The notes under the pieces were generated by a model. The model had not been told where the DNA came from. It saw only the letters and a list, made by a program, of their open reading frames with translations, and did not search any database. From the IMG/VR virus record IMGVR_UViG_3300035138_000032, positions 1 to 64,000 of that record: a stretch of 64,000 nt of DNA, one strand, 5' to 3'. Both the position numbers and the translations under genes were made by a program. This stretch comes from a virus. Shown in pieces: positions 26,346-35,921 of this stretch (position 1 is its first letter; the number at the start of each line of letters is the position of its first letter).

Positions 26346-27940
26346 TGTTTAAAAAGCTAACATATGATTTTGTAAAAAGAAGTTTTGAGGAAAACGGATA
26401 TAAATTACTTTCTAAAGAGTATATTAATTCTTCTTCCAAGTTAGAATATGAATGTCCTAATGGACATAGACGTGGCATTACTTGGAATAAATGGAACGCC
26501 GGTAGACGGTGTCCTTATTGTTCCGAAAACAGTAGAGTATATGGTAGGGATATAGAATATATAAGAAGAGTTTTTGCCAAAGAGGGGTACACTCTTTTAA
26601 GCACTGAATATATATCTTGCGATACAAAACTTGAATATATTTGTCCTAATGGTCATATATACACAACGTCGTGGGATTCGTGGACTTCTAAGGGTAATAG
26701 GTGCGCTTTGTGCTCTAAAAATATCAAACCAACTATAGAGGAAGTAAAAGAGGCTTTCAAAACTAATGGGTATGTCTTATTAGAGGATAGTTATAAAAAC
26801 GCTAATACAAAGATGAGATATAAGTGTCCTAAAGGACATGAGGGTTATATTACGTGGGGTTATTGGAATAATAACTCTACTGAAAGATGCCCTATATGTT
26901 CTGGTAAATGTATACATAGTATAGAGTATATAAAGTCAGAGTTTGAGAAAGAGGGTTATAAGCTTTTAATTAAGGAATACAAAAACGGCAAGCAAAAATT
27001 AAAATATATTTGTCCAGATGGTCATAAACATTCAATAACTTGGAATAGGTGGCAGCAAGGCCAGAGGTGCTATAAGTGTTCTTTTAGTGGTACCTCTAAT
27101 GGTGAACAAAGTCTATTAAATTATCTGAGAGCTAATTTGGAATACGATATTATTGAAAGGGATAGAACCCTAATTTCTCCACAGGAATTAGATATTGTAA
27201 TCCCGGAAAAAAAATTAGCCATAGAATACTGTGGCCTCTATTGGCACTCCGAACTAGCTGGAAAAGACAAAAATTATCATCTTAATAAATTAAAAGCCTG
27301 CGAAGAAAAAGGATATAGGTTATTAACTATTTTTGAGGATGAATTTATTAATAAAAAGGATATTGTTAATAGTACTTTAAATAGTATTATTGGTTTTGGA
27401 GATTGTGAGGTTATTTACGCCCGTGATTGTGAGATAAAGGAAGTTAGCCCGGGTGTAATAAAAGAATTTTGTGAAAAAAATCATTTACAAGGTTATGATA
27501 ATGTATCGTCTGCTAGATTAGGTGCTTTTTATTGCAATAAACTTGTTGGTGTTATGTCTTTTAGTAAATTACCAATGGCTAATGAACAAGAGAATGTTTG
27601 GGAATTACATAGATTTTGTTCAAAATTAAATTATGAAATTATTGGAATTGAGTCTAAGTTATTAAATTACTTTGAAAATAATTGTAGTTGGAAATCGATT
27701 TTTTCATATTCAGATCTCAGGTGGTGTGATGGTGGTTTATACGAGATAATGGGGTTCACTTGTATAGGTAATACCAAACCAGATTATTGGTATTTTAAGA
27801 AGTTAAACAGAAAACATAGGTCTAGTATGGAGAAGTTAAAAAACGAACCGGCCGCTGAGCGGCAAATTCGTAAATCCCAAGGTCGTAATATAATTTGGGA
27901 TTGCGGAAATAAAAAATTTATCAAGGAGAATTGTAAATAG
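26345..27940 (+). CDS. Free-standing Hef-like homing endonuclease with four zinc-ribbon repeats
   Basis: GY-x-LL...Y-x-CP-x-GH...RC-x-x-C x4; ELDIVIPEKKLAIEYCGLYWHS; NHLQG; IWDCG. Confidence 0.8.
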   Translation: MFKKLTYDFVKRSFEENGYKLLSKEYINSSSKLEYECPNGHRRGITWNKWNAGRRCPYCSENSRVYGRDIEYIRRVFAKEGYTLLSTEYISCDTKLEYICPNGHIYTTSWDSWTSKGNRCALCSKNIKPTIEEVKEAFKTNGYVLLEDSYKNANTKMRYKCPKGHEGYITWGYWNNNSTERCPICSGKCIHSIEYIKSEFEKEGYKLLIKEYKNGKQKLKYICPDGHKHSITWNRWQQGQRCYKCSFSGTSNGEQSLLNYLRANLEYDIIERDRTLISPQELDIVIPEKKLAIEYCGLYWHSELAGKDKNYHLNKLKACEEKGYRLLTIFEDEFINKKDIVNSTLNSIIGFGDCEVIYARDCEIKEVSPGVIKEFCEKNHLQGYDNVSSARLGAFYCNKLVGVMSFSKLPMANEQENVWELHRFCSKLNYEIIGIESKLLNYFENNCSWKSIFSYSDLRWCDGGLYEIMGFTCIGNTKPDYWYFKKLNRKHRSSMEKLKNEPAAERQIRKSQGRNIIWDCGNKKFIKENCK

Positions 27941-27941
27941 T

Positions 27942-28157
27942 ATGGAACGTTATATTGGTAGTGTTAGATGGTTTAGTAATCCTAGAGGTTATGGGTTTGT
28001 GCAGATAGATGGTGATCCGAAAGCTAAGGATTATTTTGTGCATTATAGTCACGTAGATATGGAGGGTTACAAGACCCTCACAGAAGGACAAAAGGTGTCT
28101 TTTACGTTGGTTGAGTCTGAACGCGGTATTCAGGCTCGTGAAGTTAGGCCGGAGTAG
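27942..28157 (+). CDS. csp: Cold-shock protein (CspA family)
   Basis: GSVRWFSNPRGYGFV, YFVHYS and GYKTLTEGQKVSF. Confidence 0.95.
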   Translation: MERYIGSVRWFSNPRGYGFVQIDGDPKAKDYFVHYSHVDMEGYKTLTEGQKVSFTLVESERGIQAREVRPE

Positions 28158-28159
28158 GT

Positions 28160-28962
28160 GTGAGTATGGTATTGGCTGAGGTCTTAGTAGAAATGGGCAG
28201 TTTAAAAAAGAAAATAAACCAATTGAGTACATGTTTGGATGATATGATAGGATCCAATCAGGAGTTAGAGGACGCTGTTATAACTATGTTGTTATCATTA
28301 CTTGATAAATATAGAAGCCATCTTATATTGGTTAATAAGGTTAATAATGATGTCACAGTCTCCATTGGTGGTTCGGAAGTAAGTCTGGCTAATGCTGTGA
28401 TTATTGCTAATACCATAAAGAAAAAAATAAATGTTTTGGACTCTCTTATAGAGAATAAAGATGTGTTGTTTGATGTGTTCAGTTTAATTTCGAATAGAGA
28501 TAAGTTGTTGGAGGAATACACCACTATTAAAAACAACCTACGTATGATTGAGTGGAGAACGGAAATTGATTAAGCGGGCGTGGGCAAAATTCAATGGTTT
28601 GGATATAGAATGTGTATGTAATGAGGATAATAGGAAGTGTGATTCGCATGATTGTAAAGAGTATGTAATTAAATTTATCGAAGTTGACAGAAAAAGCGAT
28701 ATAGATGATGCAGTGATGCATCTAAAAAACGAATCTACACATCTTAGACAACAGATAAAGAAATTTCAAAGTAAAATAAGTAGTGATATTAAAAAATTCA
28801 AAATTTAATTGATAAGGATACTACATGGCAAAGAAAGAAGACGATGTATTAAAAAGACGTGATGAAATAATAAAGAGAAATAAAAAAGAGCACGATAAAT
28901 TTATTAATAATGCTTACAGAAAAACTTACAAAAAAATTTTGAAGATAATGAGTAGTAACTGA
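28160..28962 (+). other. Three helical hypothetical CDSs (28160-28573, 28548-28808, 28825-28962)
   Basis: Co-oriented, adjacent ORFs; the last (45 aa) is absent from the track. Confidence 0.6.
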
Positions 28963-28981
28963 CGGAAAAGGGGAATTTAAA

Positions 28982-29569
28982 ATGGCTTTATTTGCGATTT
29001 CGGGCAAGGCCCGCTCTGGAAAAGATGCGTTTGCTGAAATGCTTGCGGAAGAACTTAATAAATTAGCTTATCCGCCATATGTTTTAATGGCGTTTGCTAC
29101 TGAGCTTAAGCGTAGATGCCAGGATGCTTTTGGACTATCGTGGGAACAGTTGTGGGGTAATGAAAAAGAAACTCCAGACAAAAGATATCCGTTATCTTCT
29201 AGTGATGGTTATTGGTGCGGTAGAACTATAATGCAGGAATTTGGGGAGTGGTATAGAACAGTTGATAATGAGTATTGGACCAGGATTTTATTCGATGTGA
29301 TAAAAGAAAAGGATTACAAAAATGTTATAATAACCGATTTACGATATAAATCCGAGGCTTCGTATATTACCAGACATGGTGGACTTCTAATTAGGATAAA
29401 TCGTGATGGTAGAGATGTTATTACTAATTCTACACACGCTTCAGAAACAGGACTGGATGATTATAAATTTGATGTAGAGGTCTCTAATGATGGAACTTTA
29501 GAAGATCTACGGCGCTCAGCCAAAGATGTTTTGGATATACTTTCCAATACACTTATTAAATATAAATAA
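28982..29569 (+). CDS. Deoxynucleoside monophosphate kinase (T4 gp1-like)
   Basis: ISGKARSGKD, FATELK, MQEFG, IITDLRYKSE, HASE and NDGTLEDL motifs. Confidence 0.9.
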   Translation: MALFAISGKARSGKDAFAEMLAEELNKLAYPPYVLMAFATELKRRCQDAFGLSWEQLWGNEKETPDKRYPLSSSDGYWCGRTIMQEFGEWYRTVDNEYWTRILFDVIKEKDYKNVIITDLRYKSEASYITRHGGLLIRINRDGRDVITNSTHASETGLDDYKFDVEVSNDGTLEDLRRSAKDVLDILSNTLIKYK

Positions 29570-29579
29570 GGAGATTAAA

Positions 29580-29843
29580 ATGGCAGCTAAAAAAATGAAT
29601 TTTTCAATAGACCCGGATAGTGTAGTATTTTCCACTATTAGTAAGAGTAAGGATGGTTATAATTATGCCAGGGTAGTTTGTAAGATGGGTGATAATGCCT
29701 ATATGAGCGTTAACTATGAGTGGGAAGGAAAAGACATCCCTGATTTTGCTATGAATCTTATGGGTTTTATGCAGGCTAATAAACTGGAAAATAGTGATAA
29801 AGAAGTAGCTATGGTTGACCTCATAAAGGCTAATAAGGATTAG
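29580..29843 (+). CDS. Hypothetical protein
   Basis: TAAGGAG RBS before the ATG at 29580. Confidence 0.7.
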   Translation: MAAKKMNFSIDPDSVVFSTISKSKDGYNYARVVCKMGDNAYMSVNYEWEGKDIPDFAMNLMGFMQANKLENSDKEVAMVDLIKANKD

Positions 29844-29892
29844 GTTATTAAGTTTCAAAAGAATAAACTTGTAAAGGGGGGGGGGTTAGTTT

Positions 29893-30150
29893 ATGCCTAT
29901 AGATATATCAGAATATGCATCTCCGCGCTGGGTCAAAATGCGTGAGCGATACCCTTGGGTTACAGATAGAAACTATAACTATAAAAATTTGACTATAACT
30001 CCGGGCTCTATTGCTGCAAGACATAATTGTGATGCAGTCAGAGGGGATGGTTGGAAAGCCCCGGGCTATAACCCAAATCATAACTCAATAAGGACTGAGC
30101 CTCTGAGGACTGGTGTTGATACAACTAGTCAACAGTTCAAACCTTATTGA
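29893..30150 (+). CDS. Hypothetical protein preceded by a G10 tract
   Basis: 85 aa; G-run at 29876-29885. Confidence 0.65.
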   Translation: MPIDISEYASPRWVKMRERYPWVTDRNYNYKNLTITPGSIAARHNCDAVRGDGWKAPGYNPNHNSIRTEPLRTGVDTTSQQFKPY

Positions 30151-30167
30151 TATAAAAGGAATTTTTA

Positions 30168-30737
30168 ATGGTTGACGATAAATTTAGGGATGAGGTCTTT
30201 GCTGACCAGTTGGAGCTTATTTTCAGCGTTGTGATAAGAGAGTTCACTCGTCTTTGTTTACATGCTGCACCGGAATATTTTTTTATTGACTGCCCGGCAT
30301 CTTCATCTGGCAAGTTTCATCCTATAGACGAGCTAGGTCCTGATGGCACTATATTACATACAAAGAAGGTGTTTACAGTAGCATATCAGATGTGTCGTAG
30401 TCTTGAATGTGAAAGTAGTAGGGATGAGATACTGTCGGCGTGTATTATACATGATCTCAGGAAGCAGGGTATAGATAAGACTGGTCATACTATGAGAAAT
30501 CATCCAGCTCTGGCCGCTGATTTGGTTAGTGAGGTACAAGAGGCTACACAGATGCTATGTGAAAAATCATATAATATTATAAGAAACGCCTGTGGATATC
30601 ATTACGGTCCGTGGAGCGTAAGGCCCTGGAAAAAGGATTTAAGAACTTATACTCCTGAGGAACTTACTGTCTATCTATCTGATTATATAGCCAGTAAGCG
30701 CGAAATTCATGTGGATTGTAGACGAAAGTTTTATTAA
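30168..30737 (+). CDS. HD-domain phosphohydrolase
   Basis: PASSSGKFHP, ILHTKKV, IIHDLRK, HYGPW and LSDYIAS motifs. Confidence 0.88.
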   Translation: MVDDKFRDEVFADQLELIFSVVIREFTRLCLHAAPEYFFIDCPASSSGKFHPIDELGPDGTILHTKKVFTVAYQMCRSLECESSRDEILSACIIHDLRKQGIDKTGHTMRNHPALAADLVSEVQEATQMLCEKSYNIIRNACGYHYGPWSVRPWKKDLRTYTPEELTVYLSDYIASKREIHVDCRRKFY

Positions 30738-30751
30738 GGTGTTACGTAGTA

Positions 30752-31138
30752 TTTAGTAGATAGTAGATAGTATATAAATCGAGGAGGAAGTAGACATGAT
30801 ATTGAAGATAAGAAGATATGATAATAACCAGAAATGGTGGATTTTAGATGACATAAGAAAAATAAGTATATCAGAGCCTATAATTACTGGTAAGTATCCA
30901 ATTATAGAGGAAAATCCTGATATACTGATATTTGACACAAAGTCAATGTGTGATTGTGACGGTATAGAAAATCAATGTTCTGATTGCAAACGTCACATTA
31001 TATTGATTTGTAGATTAAGTAACGGAGAAGAATTTTCTGTTATATTCGATACTATTGCTTTTTTATTGAATGATAATGGAAAAACCGTAGAAAAAATAGT
31101 AGCCAATTATTAATCTAATTAATCTACTATCTACTAAA
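30752..31138. repeat. 17-bp perfect inverted repeat flanking one gene
   Basis: TTTAGTAGATAGTAGAT (30752-30768) and ATCTACTATCTACTAAA (31122-31138). Confidence 0.85.
30796..31113 (+). CDS. Phage hypothetical protein
   Basis: GAGGAGG RBS; C-terminal AFLLNDNGKTVEKI. Confidence 0.8.
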   Translation: MILKIRRYDNNQKWWILDDIRKISISEPIITGKYPIIEENPDILIFDTKSMCDCDGIENQCSDCKRHIILICRLSNGEEFSVIFDTIAFLLNDNGKTVEKIVANY

Positions 31139-31175
31139 ACAAAGGAAGAGGTAAAGAAAAAAAGAAGTTTGAGGA

Positions 31176-31505
31176 TTGTATATGATGAATAATGAATTTA
31201 TAAAAGATATAACCAAAGGCGTGAAACAAACCTCTTTGAATCAAGAACTACCACCGGGCTCGCCAAGACGTTATGAGCCAGCCGTCGGTATTGGTAAACA
31301 CAACGAAATGATACACAGAGAGAGTAAGAGGTCGGATTCTAAGAACCTACCATTTAGTTTTAGGAAACCCCCTAAAGCTAGGGGTCGCCAAACTTATGTA
31401 TGTTGTGATAGTTGCGGATATATAATTTCAGCTACTACGGTTACAGTAGGGATGGTTTGTCCCGAATGTAAAAAATTCTCGAGTGTCACAGAAGTGGAGG
31501 AATAG
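31176..31505 (+). CDS. Zinc-ribbon protein (start uncertain)
   Basis: CDSCG...CPECKK. Confidence 0.7.
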   Translation: MYMMNNEFIKDITKGVKQTSLNQELPPGSPRRYEPAVGIGKHNEMIHRESKRSDSKNLPFSFRKPPKARGRQTYVCCDSCGYIISATTVTVGMVCPECKKFSSVTEVEE

Positions 31506-31506
31506 A

Positions 31507-31938
31507 ATGGGTAATGGAAAAAGGGGCCGGCCAGTTGGTTTTAAGTTAAGCGAATTGAGTCGACGTGCGATAAGTGAGTCAAAGAAAGGCCAGAGGCATA
31601 AACAGGAAACCAGGGATAAAATTTCGAATTCCTTAATAATTTATTTTAAGAAGAAAAACCCGCTGTCGGACGAATTAGCAAATATGTATTGTGATGACGT
31701 TGATTTTCCAGATGTGTGTTTATGGATGGAGAATAACAAGGACAAATTGGATGAAGTTAATGATGTCATGACTTTAAAGGGTTTAAGAAATGCCAATCGT
31801 ATTGAGTTGTCAGTGGGGGCGGATATAGAATATTTTAGTCATGATATTACTCCAGAGTTATTGGTTTTATTTTTGGAGCAATGCGGGTTGATGAATGTAG
31901 ATCCAGAGGAATATTTCGATGATATGGGATATTACTAA
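31507..31938 (+). CDS. Protein with an N-terminal NUMOD3-like DNA-binding motif
   Basis: GFKLSELSRRAISESKKGQRHKQETRDKIS. Confidence 0.65.
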   Translation: MGNGKRGRPVGFKLSELSRRAISESKKGQRHKQETRDKISNSLIIYFKKKNPLSDELANMYCDDVDFPDVCLWMENNKDKLDEVNDVMTLKGLRNANRIELSVGADIEYFSHDITPELLVLFLEQCGLMNVDPEEYFDDMGYY

Positions 31939-31940
31939 GT

Positions 31941-32450
31941 ATGGGTAGGAAGAAAGGTACAAAAAGATTAGTCAAAGAGATAATACCTGTTAACTCTGTA
32001 TTTAACGAAGAAGAGGCCGCGATGTATAAGGAATTTGTAGAGGTTTATATGGCAGATTTTGAGGACGAGGATTTATCGGCCAGCGATTTAGATGATGTTA
32101 TGGATTTAGCTAAAAATAGGGTACTTGAATATAGATTATTGAAATCTGTTAAGGATGAAGTTAATTCACAGATGGATATAGCTATGAGTTTAGAGAGAAT
32201 AAGAAAAGAAAACAAGGCATTTAAGGAGAACCTGGCCACTAGACGTAAGGATAGAATAAATCCCAATGAATATAAGGGGTTTTCTATAGTTGACTTAGCT
32301 GTAGCTTTTGATGATTTAAAGAAAGAGAAACTGAAAGAGAGAGTTAGACTCAATAAAGCGGAAGAATTAAAAGATCTTGAGAAAAGAAAGGATTACGTTG
32401 GTAATAGATATGATAAAGATGGTCCTAAAGAGAATGAGAATGAGGACTAA
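31941..32450 (+). CDS. Putative terminase small subunit
   Basis: Helical, charged 169-aa protein directly upstream of the large terminase; positional inference. Confidence 0.45.
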   Translation: MGRKKGTKRLVKEIIPVNSVFNEEEAAMYKEFVEVYMADFEDEDLSASDLDDVMDLAKNRVLEYRLLKSVKDEVNSQMDIAMSLERIRKENKAFKENLATRRKDRINPNEYKGFSIVDLAVAFDDLKKEKLKERVRLNKAEELKDLEKRKDYVGNRYDKDGPKENENED

Positions 32451-32469
32451 TTAATAAGGAGAGGTAGTT

Positions 32470-35289
32470 ATGTCCGACATAATCATGGAGCAGGGTATGG
32501 AACTCATAGAATTTTATAGAGAAAATCCATGCATTGCTGCCTATGACCTGTTGCGTGTGGATTTAGCACCTATACAAAGGGCGGTCTTCGAGGATATGTG
32601 GTTTAAGAACTACGTTATAGCTATTTGTGGCCGTGGCGTAGGTAAGACTTTTATGTTAGGAACTTTATCTACTTTGAGTTGTATGCTGTACCCAGGATAT
32701 AGAGTAGGGTTAATTGGGCCCGTTTTCCGCCAAAGCAAGATGATCTTCAGTGAAGTTGAGAAACTTTACGCAAAATCCCCACTATTACGTGAAGCCTGTG
32801 AGAAGAGACCTACCAGGGGCTCTGATACCTGTTATTTAAGATTCAAGTCCGTAGGAGGTTGTAGTCCCTCATTTATCGAAGCGTTACCTTTGGGCGATGG
32901 CTGTATAACTTCTTGTAATTATTTGACATTTAGTGATAGATTTGGAAAAATAGATGACGCTCATGTTGATAATATAGATCACAATCACTATTTAGATAGA
33001 GAAGATATGGTGTGGTCTAATGGTGCTTTTAAGCTAACTGATAGATCTTTATGTAATGGTATAAAAAATACTATCAAAATTAAGACCAAAAAAGGTTTTG
33101 AAAGCGAAGGTACGCCTAATCATGAGTTTAAAGTAGTCAGAGGCGGTGAGATAGTTTGGTGTAGATTTGATGCTATGGTAGTTGGGGATCGTGTATTAAT
33201 AGATCGAACTAAACGGTGGCATAGTGGACATACTGATGTGACAAAGGAACAGGCTTATTCTTTGGGTTTATTAGTTGCTGGGTGTGATTCATCTATAGTT
33301 AATTCGTGGTTATGTGATACGTTTGGTTTATCTAAAGTTAAAACTATAGACAAATCCATACCAAAAGTTATATTATGTTCAAGCAGGGATGTTATGTCAT
33401 CTTTTATAAGAGGATTGATGGACGGTGATGGTTCTATTTCGGATAAAGGTGATAGAATTATTTTTACAAATACTTCAAAAGAATTAGTTGGCCAATTACA
33501 ATATATCTTACTACATTATGGTATTGTTGCAAAGTTGAGTAAAAAGCCCGAATGTAACTCAAATTGGAATGTGTGTTATACATTAGATATTACTGGTACT
33601 AATGTTGATTTATATATGAAAGAAATAGGTTTTGGTTTATCCAGAAAAACCAATAAATACATTCATAGAGATACATATAACCATTATGATACTGTACCAA
33701 TTGACATACATATGGTAATTGATTTTGTTAATGAATATCATTACAAAGGCTTCGATGGTTGTAGAAAATGCCCCGATATAGTCCCCAGCAAACTGATTAG
33801 TAGAAAAGACTTATCTTTTGCATTATGTGATGATTTATTATATAAATATGGACATATTGATGATAGTAGAATAGACATAATACGCAGATTAAATAATACT
33901 AATATATATTATGATGAAATAATAGAAATTACTGATGGAGAAGCGTGTACATATGATATTCATGTACCAGACGGTAATGAATACTGTGCAAATGGTTTTT
34001 TCAGTCATAATAGTAAGATCCGTGGTTCACGTTTCTATCTTATAGTAGTGGACGAGTTAGCTCAAGTCCCAGACCAAGTATTGGATATGGTTGTTAGACC
34101 TATGGGCGCCACAACACTCGAACCAATGGAAAATGTTAGGAGATTACAGCGGCAAGAAAAATTGATTAAGTTAGGACTAGCTACAGAGGATGATTTTGAA
34201 GATGGTAAAATTAATAAAATGGTAATGACTTCATCAGGGTTTTATAAGTTCAATCATATGTGGCGTAGAATGAAAGACTATTGGCGGCAAATGGAGCTTC
34301 ACGGTGAAGAATCTCAATATAAAGTTTGGCAGGTACCTTATTGGGATTTACCAAATGGATTTCTTGATGAGAATAATATAAAGGAGGCGGAACGTATAAT
34401 GTCTTCCGCTGAATTTAGTATGGAATACGAAGCCGCGATGGTATCTGATTCAGAGGGATTTTTCAAAGCTTCCGTGTTGGAGTCTTGTACCGGATCTTTT
34501 GGTTTGGAGGTCCGTGGTGAGCCAGGAGCCGAATATGTTGTTGGTGTAGACCCAAGTCAGGGAGGTAGTGCGAGTTGCGGTGTAGTAATCGTAAGGCTGG
34601 GTAATCCAAATGTGCTTGTTAATGTGTTGGAATTGAAGGGTAAGACCACACAGGAATTAACAATGACAGTACAGGCTATCTGTGAGTCCTATAATGTTGT
34701 TAGGATTTTCATGGATAAGGGCGGCGGTGGTAATGCTATAATGGACTTATTAGAAGAAGGCTATAATAGTAAGGAACCGATAATAGATCGCTCGGATAAA
34801 GATAAGGTAACTTTGAAGGGCCGCCATATACTTGAGATGGTTAATTTTAATCCGACATGGATAACTGATGCTAATTTTACTACTCTAGCTATGTTGGAAG
34901 ATAAGAAGTTATTATTTCCAGAGACCCCTGTTGATGGTGTCTCTGTACTTGATAAGATTTACAAAAACATTTTGACTTTAAAGAAGCAAATGTTGAATAT
35001 AGTTGTAACACAGACTGGCTCCGGCGCTCTGCATTTTGATACACCTAAGAAGGGGCAGAATAAGGATTTATATTCAGCCATGATTCTAGCTGCTCATGGT
35101 TGTAAGCTCGTGGCCCGTGAATTGGAGGGCGATCCTGAACCACTGTTATACCAGACAGGGGGTTATGTACAAGAGCGTAAACCTAATGCCCCTTGGCATT
35201 TTCTAGGAGCTCATAGTTCACCTGGTACTACAGTGCTTGATGGTTTATTAGGACATGCTATATTAAAAAATAAGCGTATAATTAAATAA
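32470..35289 (+). CDS. terL: Terminase large subunit with an intein (mature protein about 569 aa)
   Basis: Walker A GRGVGKT, Walker B LIVVDE, nuclease motifs VGVDP and KDLYSA. Confidence 0.93.
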   Translation: MSDIIMEQGMELIEFYRENPCIAAYDLLRVDLAPIQRAVFEDMWFKNYVIAICGRGVGKTFMLGTLSTLSCMLYPGYRVGLIGPVFRQSKMIFSEVEKLYAKSPLLREACEKRPTRGSDTCYLRFKSVGGCSPSFIEALPLGDGCITSCNYLTFSDRFGKIDDAHVDNIDHNHYLDREDMVWSNGAFKLTDRSLCNGIKNTIKIKTKKGFESEGTPNHEFKVVRGGEIVWCRFDAMVVGDRVLIDRTKRWHSGHTDVTKEQAYSLGLLVAGCDSSIVNSWLCDTFGLSKVKTIDKSIPKVILCSSRDVMSSFIRGLMDGDGSISDKGDRIIFTNTSKELVGQLQYILLHYGIVAKLSKKPECNSNWNVCYTLDITGTNVDLYMKEIGFGLSRKTNKYIHRDTYNHYDTVPIDIHMVIDFVNEYHYKGFDGCRKCPDIVPSKLISRKDLSFALCDDLLYKYGHIDDSRIDIIRRLNNTNIYYDEIIEITDGEACTYDIHVPDGNEYCANGFFSHNSKIRGSRFYLIVVDELAQVPDQVLDMVVRPMGATTLEPMENVRRLQRQEKLIKLGLATEDDFEDGKINKMVMTSSGFYKFNHMWRRMKDYWRQMELHGEESQYKVWQVPYWDLPNGFLDENNIKEAERIMSSAEFSMEYEAAMVSDSEGFFKASVLESCTGSFGLEVRGEPGAEYVVGVDPSQGGSASCGVVIVRLGNPNVLVNVLELKGKTTQELTMTVQAICESYNVVRIFMDKGGGGNAIMDLLEEGYNSKEPIIDRSDKDKVTLKGRHILEMVNFNPTWITDANFTTLAMLEDKKLLFPETPVDGVSVLDKIYKNILTLKKQMLNIVVTQTGSGALHFDTPKKGQNKDLYSAMILAAHGCKLVARELEGDPEPLLYQTGGYVQERKPNAPWHFLGAHSSPGTTVLDGLLGHAILKNKRIIK
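32902..34011 (+). mobile_element. Intein (370 aa) with a degenerate LAGLIDADG domain
   Basis: G|CITS N-terminus, GTPNH block B, FIRGLMDGDGS, TYDIHV...ANGFFSHN|S C-terminus. Confidence 0.93.
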
Positions 35290-35313
35290 TAAACTAACCT
35301 TCTATTTATTAGA
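35290..35313 (+). promoter_or_regulatory. Candidate late promoter upstream of the portal operon
   Basis: TAAACTAACCT-N9-TAGA. Confidence 0.55.
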
Positions 35314-35350
35314 GAACTACACTAAGGATATGGTCGTGGGGAGGTGTACT

Positions 35351-35707
35351 ATGTCTGATGATGAAGTTCGTATGTGTAATTGTAATAAAACATGTCTTAT
35401 ATGCGGAGGCTTGAAGAAGATAGAATTATCCATCTTTGATAGAACCTTTTGGGATCTGTGGATACAAAAACTTTTACGTAATTTTGCTTCTATGAAATTT
35501 CAGTGGTTACTGTTTTTGTATGCTCCTACCGTGTGGGGTATGTTCCATATTATGCCCGGAACTAATGAGCCATGGATCTCTGCTTCGATAGGATTGGGGT
35601 TCTTAGGTGGCGGTTTTGTTACATTAGCGCTAGGACGTATCTACGCTAAGACAAAACTTAGAGAAAATGGTAATGATTCTCATGATGAATTAGATACAGA
35701 CCAATAA
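35351..35707 (+). CDS. Small membrane protein with two transmembrane segments (holin-like)
   Basis: Two hydrophobic segments and a charged C-terminal tail. Confidence 0.55.
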   Translation: MSDDEVRMCNCNKTCLICGGLKKIELSIFDRTFWDLWIQKLLRNFASMKFQWLLFLYAPTVWGMFHIMPGTNEPWISASIGLGFLGGGFVTLALGRIYAKTKLRENGNDSHDELDTDQ

Positions 35708-35718
35708 GGAGATATGTA

Positions 35719-35910
35719 ATGACTGAAGAAAATAAGGATTTTCAACCAGGTCCTTGGTGGGCTACAGTATCTGGTGCAGGCACACCAAATGCCTCAGTAC
35801 CTTCTTGGGCCGATGATTATACAAGGCATAGAATTGGCAGGGAAACCACTTTTGCTGATATGGATTCTGTAATAGGTAGAAAAGAAAGTATTCAGGATGT
35901 TAATCCGTAA
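35719..35910 (+). CDS. Hypothetical protein
   Basis: 63 aa with TAAGGAG RBS. Confidence 0.65.
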   Translation: MTEENKDFQPGPWWATVSGAGTPNASVPSWADDYTRHRIGRETTFADMDSVIGRKESIQDVNP

Positions 35911-35921
35911 AGGGAATATAA

